A stretch of DNA of 58,034 bases from contig JYFJ02002385.1 in assembly GCA_000934665.2 (NCBI GenBank), forward strand, positions 1 to 58,034, given 5' to 3'. The position numbers were made by a program, and so were the translations under genes. Every line of letters starts with the position of its first letter. Position 1 is the stretch's first letter. The notes beneath the pieces were generated by a model. It searched no databases and was not told the DNA's origin. It saw only the letters and a program-made list of their open reading frames with translations. Positions 12,512 through 24,463 of this stretch are shown in pieces. The DNA comes from Catajapyx aquilonaris. Taxonomy: Eukaryota.

Positions 12512-14458
12512 ATGGCTCTCATGAGATCGTTACTGCTCCTCTTTGTCTTCACGGCCCTTTTCCAGGTAGTTATATACGCTCACCTTCATTTTTGTTTGAA
12601 CTTGGATTTTACGCACAAATAATTCAATCACCACTTTCTTTACAGATTTGCCCAGGTAGGGGATGTATGAGTTTGTTACTGTGTATAGTTAGTTGACCTC
12701 TTGCTGTTATTTTGCTTTATTTATGTAAGGGGATGAAATTGCTGAAGATGAATACGAAGAGTGTCCCGGTATGTCCAAGCGATGCGTCAATTCCTTCTAC
12801 CATCCAATCGTGCGGGTAAGTAGCCAATTTCGGCATTTCCATCCCACTCAGATTTTTGGAGGTCCAAATAAGGTCATTTTTTGTAGTCAATGTTAAGTCA
12901 CTAATTAGCAATGAAAATAATGTGCCACCTACAAACCTCCAGTGTAACAATGCTTGTGTCCTGTACAGGGGTGTGGAATTGTGACAAAACAAGCCGTAGC
13001 TGCCCTCAAGACATGTGCTACTAAATTAGCCATCCAGCTTCCTTGTTTCACTCTGGCTACTTGTGATTTGGGAAATGTCGTTGAATGTTTCGGCAGTGAA
13101 GAAAACAGACAAGCAGAAGTCAACTTTCAACAGGAGAGTATTCAGAAGGTTGGAGTACATTTCCTTGCTCGTTTTTTTGTGTAATAATGTAACCCATCAC
13201 AGGTTATGAAGCAAACAATACAAGAATCGACAAGAATACAATCATGAAGAGGAAGCATGTTTGCAAAAGTGACATTAGTGAAATGAATGTTGTCCTTTCA
13301 GGGCCTGGTGTACTGCATGATGACCGAAGTGAATTTGGTAATATTCCCTTACACTGTATTAAATGTCTTATTTTAAATTTAATTATACTACACTGTATTT
13401 ATGTTTTGGTGGTTGCAAGATGGATCCTGATGGAGGTTGCAGCTTGGACACCATATGCTCTCATTTGGAGCAACGGTTCTTGGGAGGAAATGTCCTTGAA
13501 GACAGCAGCCGCAATGAGTTGCAACAATGTCTGGACAGTCCTCTGGCAGAGGATGATGGCAAGTACTCTGGTTCACATGAACAAAAATCACAATTTAACA
13601 CTTTGCATCTCATTGCAGGAAGAGATCGAGTTTTCCAAAGAGCTGAACAAATTTTAATATGCATGACAGATGCCATAATTGATGTAAGTACTGGTAACCT
13701 CTTCTGTAACATGCACTGATGCAATAATGCAAACCTGACTTGCAGACTTGGCTTTTTAAAATGCGTAGCTTATTAAACATGTGAGTAACTGCCCTAATGT
13801 ATGTCTTATATCTCAGAGGAGTACTGAATGTGTGGACCAAGCGTGCGAACACCTCCTTGGCACTCCTGGCCTCGAGGAGGAGGTCAGCAATCTACCCCCA
13901 GGACACACATTTGACAACGGATTCACTCAACCAGAAGCCACTTCTGAAGCAACTCCTACTGAAGAAAGTGCTGCTCCTACTGAAGAAATCACAGAACCGA
14001 GCACTGAATCAACTATTGAACCAATCACAGAGTCAACCACTGAATCAACCACTGAATCAACCACAGAATCAACCACTGAATCAACCACTGAATCAACCAC
14101 AGAATCTACCACTGAACCAACCACTGAACCAACCACAGAGTCAACCACAGAGTCAACCACTGAACCAACCACAGAGTCAACCACTGAATCAACCACAGAG
14201 TCAACCACAGAGTCAACCACGGAATCAACTACCGAATCTACCACTGAATCAACGACAACGACAACAGAAAAAGCAGGCACATGTGAAGGCAAGAGAATAT
14301 GGGAGGATAAACAAGGTAGAAAGCGTGAAGGCCAAGATGGCCAGTGGTGTGACCAGAGCGGCAACTGGCAACCTGCTGACGATGATTGGAAGGAAGGCTA
14401 TAAGCAATGGAAAAAAGAAAATCACAAGGAATCCAGATCGTCCAGTGAAGAAGATTAG
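12512..14458 (+). CDS. Array gene 4: paralog with (ESTT)n stalk
   Basis: Exons 12512-12565, 12646-12655, 12730-12815, 12969-13148, 13302-13337, 13420-13558, 13619-13683, 13817-14458; GC donor at 13559; open frame. Confidence 0.88.
13982..14257 (+). repeat. Coding 12-bp tandem repeat, about 23 units (ESTT/EPTT)
   Basis: gaatcaaccact / gagtcaaccaca periodicity. Confidence 0.92.
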
Positions 14459-15426
14459 CAAAGCAGTTTTGAACACTACTTTATCATGATGACTAATTAC
14501 CTTGACAACCCTAATATTTTGTTGTTCATTTGATGCAAATATAGCCTAACATTTGTCTAGCAGTAAGTAGCATCATGGTGGATCTGTCTACCACATTTTC
14601 AAGTATGAAATTATAAACAAGTTCACCTTGTGTGACTTTCTCATTATTATTTTTAATGACACCTCATCACCCAGTAGGTATCATTACGTGACCATAAAAG
14701 GGCAGAGGACATGACTGAAATAGCTGATTGAATATGTGGCAAATATAACTTGTCACCACAACGGCGAACAAGAAAAGGCCGGAAAGTTCTCTCGTGGTAC
14801 ATGCAAGGGGTGAGTACACTAGCACACACATATGCATGACGGACGCAACTATTCGTATACAAGTTGTTAAGTATTTACTTTTAAGCGTGAGAAACGAACA
14901 TCTATTCTATCAAGACAAAACGACGCAATACTAACTGATTTTTTTACGAATTTTTCTCATGAACATGCCAGTTGTACAGAGGGAGTGGCTAACCATACTC
15001 CTTCATGCAGTCAAGGTGGGGGTTTCTGTCCGGAAGTCCGCTGAAGAGGAGGAAATGTGGACTAAAACAAAGGCCCGGACGAGGAAGATGAGCTACACAA
15101 AACTGACGTCAATTTGTAATAGGAAGATCGACAATGATGTCAACAGGATTTGATCTTGCAACACTCGGAATTTGAGTAATGCGTCATATTGACTGACATA
15201 CGTAGAAAAGATGCGTCAAATTGGAATTGCGAGATCACTTTGCGTCACTGGAGGTATAGTCTCATAACGAATTAAAATGACATGAATGTTGAATTAAAAC
15301 AACTAGGCCTACGACACACGCATATTTATAGAAAGTACCTATTCAAAATCGCGACGAATGGAATTGACACATGATTTCGAATAAATATAGACAGATTTGA
15401 AGTCTGATTTTAGGTTGTGAGAGAAG

Positions 15427-17300
15427 ATGACTCTGATGAGATCGTTGCTGCTCCTCATTGTCTGCACTGCCCTTTTCCAGGTAATCACAATCAGCATTTA
15501 TGTTTTGAACTTCGATTCCCATATGCCTTGCCATATGCTCAAATAATTCGATTACCACTTTCTTTGCAGATTTGCCCAGGTCAAGGCCCAGGTATGTAGT
15601 GTATAGAAGGCATAACATATTATCGCCGGGTGTGAATGTGAATACACACTTGCAAGAAAGTTTATTTGGGCTAATTATAGTACAAATTAAATTCTCATCG
15701 CCGCGCACCGTTTGATATAACTTATCAGGCATCATCAAGATTAGTGTATAATTTGTTTTTGCTGTTATTTCTTTGATTTATTGAAGGGTACGACCCAAAC
15801 GAAGATGAATACGAAGAGTGTCCCGGAATGTCCAAGAGATGCGTCGATTCCTTTTTCCATCCAATCATGAGGGTAAGTATCTCCAGCATTTTCGTTCGCC
15901 TACAGAAAATGCCTAATGACCAGTCCATAACTTACATTACTACAAGACTTTGATTTTGTAATGTCCAAATGTGAATCGTACAGGGCTGCGGACTTGTGAC
16001 ACAGGAAAGCGCTGCTGTAATCACGAAATGCGCTGCTAAATTGAGTATTCAACTTCCTTGCTTCACTGGCGCTACATGCGACTTGGGAAATGTTGTTCGG
16101 TGCTTCGGAAGTGAAGAAAACAGACAAGCTGAAGCCAGCTTTCAACAGGAGAGCTTTCAGAAGGTATGTGGACACTATGAAAATTTTACCGCCTTTCAGA
16201 CACAATATTGTGCATAAAATGAGTGTATTCTTCATTTCAGGGTCTGGTGTTCTGCATGATGATGGAAATGAATTTGGTAGGAATACCTAACAACTTTGTA
16301 GTGTACCTTACATTTAAACACTTAGTAATATATATTTTTGTGTTTATGCTATTGCAAGATGGATATTGCTGGTGGTTGCAAATTGGATACCATATGCTCG
16401 CATTTGGCGAACCGGTTCTTGGGAGGAAATGCCCTTGACGAAAGCAGCCGCAATGAGTTGCAACAATGTCTCGACAGTCCTCTGGCAGAGAATGATGGTG
16501 AGTATTCCTGTTCACATGGACAAGAAGATCACAATTTATTAAATCGTGATTTAATTTAACCCTGTGCATCTCATTGCAGGAAGAATGAAACTTTTCCAAA
16601 GAGCGGAACAAATTTTAATATGTATGACAGACGCCATAATCGATGTAAGTTTTGGTAACCTCTTCTCTAACCAGGCACTTTGTTGCAATATTATGCAAGC
16701 CTGACCAGTGACCATGTGTATGCCTCTCATTCACAGTAACTTCCCAAATGTGTAGTTTATAAAAGCCGCTAAGTAATTTTCCTATTGCGTCTTATATCCC
16801 AGAGGAGTACTGAATGTGTGGACCAAGCGTGCCAACACCTCCTTGGCACTTCTGGCCTGGAGGAGGAAGTCAGCAATCTACCTCCAGGACACACATTTGA
16901 CAACGGATTCACTCAACCAGAAGTCACTTCTAAAGCAATTCCTTCTGAAGAAAGTGCTGCTCCTACTGAAGCAAGTACTGAAGCAAGCACCGAAGCAAGC
17001 ACTGAGGCAAGCACTGAAGCAAGCACTGAGGCAAGCACTGAGGCAAGCACTGAAGCGAGCACTGAAGCAAGCACTGAAGCAAGCACTGAAGCAAGCACTG
17101 AGGCAAGCACTGAAGCAAGCACTGAAGCAACTACACCCACATGTGACGGCAATAAAATGTGGAAAGATGACCAAGGTAGAGTGCGCGAAGGCGAACAAGG
17201 CCAATGGTGCGACCAAAGCGGCAACTGGCAAGCTGCTGACGATAATTGGAGAAAAGGCTACAGGCAATATTGTAACGATAATCCAAGTGCATGCCAGTGA
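15427..17300 (+). CDS. Array gene 5: paralog with (EAST)13 stalk and remodelled C-terminus
   Basis: Exons 15427-15480, 15570-15591 (or 15570-15579), 15787-15872, 15984-16163, 16241-16276, 16359-16497, 16580-16644, 16803-17300; GT-AG; open frame. Confidence 0.88.
16968..17123 (+). repeat. Coding 12-bp tandem repeat, 13 units (EAST)
   Basis: gaagcaagcact periodicity. Confidence 0.93.
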
Positions 17301-17388
17301 ATCCAGCTCGTCCAGTGAAGAAGATTAGCATAACAATATTATTTTGAGCACTACATTACAATCATAATGACTAGTTAGCATGTTGACT

Positions 17389-17506
17389 TAAATTACGTAT
17401 TTCAATGCTTTTATGCATATTCTGCTGCTTCACCTTTTCAATATTCTGGAATATTGAAAAGGTGAAGCAGCATAATATGCATAACAGCATTGAAATAGGT
17501 AATTTA
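17389..17506. repeat. 118-bp near-perfect palindrome just downstream of gene 5
   Basis: 58-bp arms with 3 mismatches, centre 17447-17448. Confidence 0.92.
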
Positions 17507-19219
17507 TTATTAATTAGGTACTAATGTGATTAGTAGGCTAATATATTATGTACATAGTGGGTATCTTCCGTGTGGAGTGTGAATATCAGGCATCTTAATC
17601 GTGACGGTAATATTTCGCAGGTTGTAAAGTTTTGCCACAATAAAATTGATGACTCCTCCATAATTCCATGGGGGATTCGACAGTACTTCGCAATAGTCTT
17701 ACAGTTGTAACCTAATAAAAGTTAATTTTTACAATACAGTTGGTAATTTGATTGGCCTGTGTATACATCTCTCATTTCTTCATAGCACGTTGGAACTATT
17801 AAATAATAAGAATAAATAATATAACTTGTGGATCATTTGATGATCCGGTATGGTCTGATGGTCTGAATGATTCAGGACTTTCTACAGAAGTCGTACTAAT
17901 GACTTCAGACAACATCTCGATAAATACATCTGCCGTGAAATACCTGCATGCATGCATGCACACACTGATTGTGAGCTTTGAAAATCATGGCCCGAATAAC
18001 ATTAGGTGGGGGTGGATTTTTAGCAGATCACGCAATTACTTGATCATAAAGAGGCAGAGGATATGACGGCAAGAGCTGATTGAATATGTTACAATTATAA
18101 ACAAACTGAGATCCTAAAAACGGAAGTGAGTCAACTAGCCGGAACTGGACAGCTGACAGAAACATATTCGCACGTTATCAATTGGACTGGTTCGTAGTTG
18201 ATAACATATGCGAATAATTTTTGCGACACATCGAAATAAATTACTATGTAAACTTACAGAAATGAACCTTATAATTTGTTCTCAACTTTTATTTTGTATT
18301 AGAAGTGTATTAATATGCGCAAACAGCCACAATGACTACCTATTATTATTATTACTGTGATTAGAGTGACATATTCAACAAAGGTAGAATTATTGAGAAA
18401 CAGCAATGCCAAGTAGTGAATATGACTCTGATTGTCTCGATGATCTGCATCAGTCGATAACAATGCCATGTACAGGGAAGTGCTATGTAGTGTTAAAATG
18501 TGATCGGTTACTCGAAGTCACGCGGATCAGTGGCAATACAATAGTTACGTTAAGATTAGTGATTTATAATATACCAACCTATTACGAAATTTCCACTCGT
18601 GTACATTGTGATTTAGTTTCATTCCACAATATTCTTCTCCAAAAATTTGGAAAAAAAATAAGCAACTCAAACGTACCTGCAAGGCTGCAACAGTGAAACC
18701 GCTACTGATAATGAGCTCACCGATTTCTCCCAGAAACATTCAGCGCCAGGTAGACTAATATAGCCCAAGAGAACGACATCTTTCTACTAGGGATAGATCC
18801 ATTTCAGTGCCTACGCCTCAGCAATGAAACAATACACCCTGTATAATACTATTGACAAGCACAGCCACAGTACCTTCTGCATCCGTTGTCAATCAGAAGA
18901 ACGCAACTAAAAAATTATCAGGAATTACCCTCTAATGCATATAGAAAGGTTGCGTAACTCGCTTTGGATGTCATGTCATTTCAAATATATTGTTTTCATT
19001 AACCACGACCATACCAACTGTCAGATGTCGTGAAAGAAACAGAGGCCCCATCAGGAAAGGGGGTATATAGAGAAGTCCCAAAATGACAAAGCCTTCGTGC
19101 TTCCTATGAGTGACAAGGCCACCATGCATAATATTCGGGATAATGAATAGGAGCGACTTACGTGCACATTATAAATCAGGTTGATGTCGATTGCAGCCTG
19201 GTTTATTCCAATGGTCATC

Positions 19220-21268
19220 ATGAATCCGGTGAAGAAATTGCTCTTCTCGATGCTCTTCTCAGCCTCGTTTCAGGTATAGGCTAGCACTTCTTGTAATTCT
19301 TTTTTCCCCACAGTTCAGTATTTTCTTTTATTTTCAGCTTTACCACGGTGCGTATGTGACACTTCAGTAATATATTATTACGTGGTGTATCATATCAGGC
19401 CTATGCACTGTACTAAAACATTGCCCGAAGTCTGTTACTCGTTACGTACATAAGTAATGCTTGCAATTTCTGCATTAAAGATTTCAGTAATTTTTTGTGA
19501 CATTGTCAATCTCACCTCTGATGTAATGTCTTTTACTCTGTACCTATACATTTTTGGCCATAAAGGAAGCGAAGACGAATATGATGGCTGCCCCGGTATG
19601 CAGAAAAAGTGCGTGGATTTATTTTATCATCAAGTATGTCGGGTAAGTGAGCTACAATTTTCCTCTTATATACAATAAATATTATTAGCTGATAATATTA
19701 AGTTGCGTGGACCTGCTTATAATAATCAGCTAAGTACCAATTGGAACATCCTGTGCATTAAATTTAAGAAATGTGGACTGGTGACCTCAGAGGCTGCTCT
19801 TGCAGTCAAGTCATGCGCTGCGCAATTGGACATTACTCTGCCATGTTTCATTGAAGCTACATGTAGCTTGGGGAATGTCGTCGAATGTTTAAACCAAGAA
19901 GATGATTATCAAGCAGCAGAAGAATTCGAAAGACTTGGCAAAGAAAAGGTACAGTAATCAGATGATACCAAGTTGGTACAACAGGTTCTCTGATCGAGCC
20001 TATTGTCGCGATGGCCTTATCCTTATGCTAAATTTTATTTTCAGGGTCTGATACTGTGCATTCTGATGGAGATGAATCTGGTAAAATGTCATCGCATTTA
20101 TTATTTTTTTGCTATTAGTATTTTTCTGGTATTTTCCATTGTCGATGCATTTGGTTACCCAGTGGTTACCCGTAGGTGGATTCCGAGGGAAACTGCTTGC
20201 TTGAAGAAGTGTATCCGCACTTGGCAAGCCGTTACTTTAAAGGCGCAGCACTAGATGAAAACGGGCAATCAGAGTTGGAATCATGCTTGAGCATCCCTCC
20301 TGAGGATGATGGAGAGTATTGCACATTAGAATGCAAAGAAAATATATGAATAATGACAGTCTTCTATAATTACAGGAACAAGAGACATCGCTTACGTACG
20401 GGCGGAGCATGCGTTCATGTGCATGTCAGATGCAGTAATTGATGTAAGAGTGACAATAAGTCACAACTTTCATATTCTTATCTGGTCCTCTACATACCCC
20501 AGGAAGCTACGAAATGCGTAGATGAAAGCTGCGACTGTTTCCTTTCCATCCCTGGAGTAGACCAGATTAGTGACGGACTCCCTGAAGGATTTGGTTCATC
20601 CAGTGAGTGCATGGACGGAGTGCCTCCAGGTAAGAATAAGTAACATTTCCATATTCATATAACACTTGCGCTAATAATTATTATAACCCTGTCTCTGTAC
20701 AGGAATCGGCGTGACTATACCAGATGTTGATATAACTGTTCCCGATATTGATGTAACTGTTCCAAGTGTGGATGTTCCAGACATTGAAGTTCCAAATGTT
20801 GATCTTCCTAGCGTTGAGGTTCCAAACGTCGATCTTCCTAGCGCTGAGGTTCCAAACGTCGATCTTCCTAGCGTTGAGGTTCCAAATGTTGATATTCCTA
20901 GCGTTGAGGTGCCAAATGTGGATGTTCCTAGCGTTGAGGTGCCAAATGTGGATGTTCCTAGCGTTGAGGTTCCAAATGTGGATGTTCCTAGCGTTGAGGT
21001 TCCAAATGTGGATGTACCTAGCGTTGAGGTTCCAAATGTGGATGTACCTAGCGTTGAGGTTCCAAATGTGGATGTTCCTAGCGTTGAGGTTCCAAATGTT
21101 GACGTTCCAAGCGCTGATGTTCCTAGCGCTGACGTTCCTAGCGCTGACGTTCCTAGCGTTGACGTTCCAAGCGCTGACGTTCCTAGCGTTGACGTTCCAA
21201 GCGCTGACGTTCCCAGTGTTGACGTTCCAAGCGCTGATGTTCCAAGCGTGTCAAAACCTCTTGGATAA
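19220..21268 (+). CDS. Array gene 6: divergent paralog with (VPSVD/VPNVE-type) pentapeptide tail and no Trp module
   Basis: Exons 19220-19273 (in-frame ATG also at 19211), 19338-19347, 19566-19642, 19769-19948, 20045-20080, 20176-20311, 20376-20443, 20503-20629, 20703-21268. The 54-, 10-, 180- and 36-nt exons and most Cys positions match the array. The sixth intron needs a GA donor or an alternative weak site pair. TATAAA at 19170-19175. Confidence 0.78.
20759..21250 (+). repeat. Coding 15-bp tandem repeat with a 30-bp higher-order period, about 33 units ([VLI]P[SN][VA][DE])
   Basis: gttccaaatgtggat alternating with gttcctagcgttgag. Confidence 0.92.
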
Positions 21269-22653
21269 ATTATTCTTTCAACCAAAATCCATTCAGCAAA
21301 TAATCTCCTCGTGTTTGTGCTCGTAACTACATTATGATATTAATCAATTAGCCTATACATCTTCCTTCCTTATAATTTGCTACTTATTTCAATGAGTAGC
21401 ACACGTAACAGTCACGCCCATAAAATATGTATGTCACCATGCCTATATTTTGTACATGCCTACTTTATAAGGCTCACAATAAAGTGTCAAGGCAATTAAT
21501 TTTCAGTCTACTCTCAGCACTGTATTAAACCGAATATACCAAAAGCGAAATAAATTACAATATTATTTTACAAACTGGAATGATCATGCTTGTTATTTAC
21601 ATCGTAATCTAGGTATCGTATAGGCTGCAATCCACGGAGAGTCTATGAATATGTACAATCACGGTTATAAAATGATACACAGTGGAAAATCATACCTGTT
21701 AGGTCATACAGTAAATGATTATCTGCAGGCACATATTATAGTACACAAATGAGGATTAGCTCTAATAGTACGTACTAAGGTCATTAAGTTCACACAAATT
21801 GTTTATCTGTCACAATCACAGTCAAAAGTGTTCGTATAACCTTACCAGCACAATCTGCTATTGTTTGTATCACTATGATGCAAAAAAATGAACAATAAAT
21901 GGTTGCAGACAACGCAGTAACACCTCGTGTGATAACAGCGGATTCAGATAATAACGGACATTTTGATAACCTTTACCATTAAAGGTGAAAGTCATATGCT
22001 ATAACTCATGCTATAAACTCTAGCTGGAAATTTTGAGCACAGATTTCTGTTCATTTGCCATTCTTGTGGGAAAGGAATGAAGAGACAACCTTTCCATAAT
22101 ATACATCCTAGAATTCATATTGAACTATTCAGATGTAAGGCTCATCCCCTAGGCTACTCTGTCTAATAGACACTTCTTCCATTCAGTTTCGATATTAGCT
22201 GCACCTTAACTATATTGTGCAATCAATATCAGGCAATGACATTGAGATTTGAAGAAGGTTATATTAATATTTAATTTCTGTACACGTATATTGGAGTACA
22301 TACACACATGCTATACCGACACATTCCTGTCTCACTTGCCTCTATAAATCCAGATTCAACATTTTCCCTCACAATCCATGTATTGAAATTAGCCCTTAAG
22401 GATATAGCTTCAATAATACGAAATGTCCATAGCAGAAATCAACACAAGCTCATATCGTCATGATAGTACAGGAAAAACCAAAGCCTACAACTTCTGAAGT
22501 GGTTGTTCCCCACTTGAAAGTACGTGGATTCCCAACAGTCGCTATCTTTAAAAAAAATTACCCTGGCGTCATCTCTCCCCTAGATTGGCTGTTTTCAGGT
22601 CATATATATAAAGCCCGCTAAACTGATCGCACTGCACATCCACACATAGAACA

Positions 22654-24463
22654 ATGAAAGTCCTACTCATACTAGCCATTGTGGCTGCAGTTGCGGTCGC
22701 ATCACCCTCACCTCTTCATCCTCTCTCTGACGAATTCATAGAACACATCAACTCTGTCCAATCATCATGGAAGGTAAGTACACTAATCTGTGTACATGAC
22801 AAATAATACAACTTAATTCTATAGGCAGGACGCAACTTCCCAAAAAGCACATCCATATCATACTTGAGACACCTGATGGGAGTGCCACTTAAGGTAATGA
22901 GGCAGAAGAACGAGCACCGTCAAAAGCAGGTATTCTCACAAAGAATAGCTCTCCCAGACTCATTCGACGCCAGACAACAATGGTCCAATTGTGAGAGCAT
23001 CGGAGAAATTCGAGATCAAGCTTCATGCGGATCCTGTTGGGTAAGTGATGCACTCATTTCATTTTGTTTGAATGAGCTATTAACCATGCTGAATTTTCTA
23101 GGCGTTTGGAGCCGTGGAGGCAATGACGGACAGAATTTGCATACATTCTGGCGGAAAAGTAAATTTCCGATTTTCTGCTCAAGATCTGCTGACTTGCTGC
23201 TATGAATGTGGGGATGGTTGCAACGGAGGAGATCCAGGAGCTGCATGGGACTACTGGACCAGTACGGGCATTGTCAGCGGTGGTCCTTATGGCTCCAAGC
23301 AGGTCAGTTGTTGCTTATTTAAATGGACACGCCACTCAAAAAACAAGTTGGGCTCTAAAAATCGGGCAGAAAATCCTGATTCCGAGGGTATAAGCAGTTC
23401 TTCTGAGAGACGAACGGTAAGGCCAGGGCGAGCGGTCAAAGTCTCAGAATTTGCGTCGTCTGCTAATGAGCTGCCCCGCCAGTCTCGCTCATTCCACTAG
23501 TCTGCGCCGCCACCGGGTACTAGGCGAAACTGGTTTAGACTTGAAAATCGGGTCTGGTCGGGAGGTGTCCGGATGAAGACTGTGGCGCGGACCAAAGATG
23601 GGGTCGACCGGGGTAACCAAAGATGGTTGAGGATTATCCCAATTTCTTCCCAGACCCGGGAGAGGCGCTGCTATTTTGCGCCAGATTCGAATTGCTGAAC
23701 TTTGACGGCTCGCCCTGACCTTACCGTTCGTCTCTCAGGAAAACTGCTTATACCCTCGGAATCAGGATTTTCTGCCCGATATTTAGAGCCCAACTTGTAT
23801 TTTGAGTGGCGTGCCCCTTTAAAATGTAGTTAGCAAGGTGACATGTTTTGTGATTAAAGGGATGCCGTCCTTACACCATCGCCCCATGTGAACATCACGT
23901 TCCTGGTCCTCGTCCAAATTGTACCGAGGGACCTACACCTAACTGTGACCAAAATTGCATCTCCGAATATACTTCTGCTTCATACAACGACGATTTGCAT
24001 TATGGTGAGTTTGTATGGGCCGAAACGCGCACGGTGATCATTTGTAATACCATTTAACGCTGTTTCGTCTGACAGGTGATAGCTCTTATGCTGTAAGTTC
24101 AGATCCAGCCGACATCCAACAAGAAATATACACCAACGGACCTGTGGAAGCCGCATTCGACGTGTATGCTGATTTCCCTCAGTACAAATCAGGTGCGTCT
24201 GACCTTATCTATCGGATGGTATTGCCTTACTGTACACATTTGTCTCTCACTTTGCAGGTGTGTACCAACATACAGATGGGGAGCTTCTGGGTGGTCATGC
24301 AGTGAAGATCTTGGGTTGGGGAGTTGAAGATAACACGCCCTATTGGTTGGTAGCCAACTCCTGGAACACTGACTGGGGAAATAAGGGATTCTTCAAGATC
24401 CTCCGTGGCAATGATGAATGTGGAATCGAAGATGGCATTGTTGGAGGAATGCCCAAACTGTAA
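22654..24463 (+). CDS. CTSB: Cathepsin B (papain family C1A), copy 1, intact
   Basis: Exons 22654-22773, 22825-23040, 23102-23302, 23860-24004, 24076-24192, 24258-24463. Signal peptide, HPLSDEFI propeptide, [10 protein letters not shown], occluding loop [32 protein letters not shown]. Confidence 0.96.
23323..23818. mobile_element. TTAA MITE related to the 7568-7978 element
   Basis: TTAA at 23319-23322 and 23819-23822; TIRs of about 120 bp sharing ggctc-taaaatcgggcagaaaatcctga with the first MITE; absent from the same intron of cathepsin copy 2. Confidence 0.88.
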
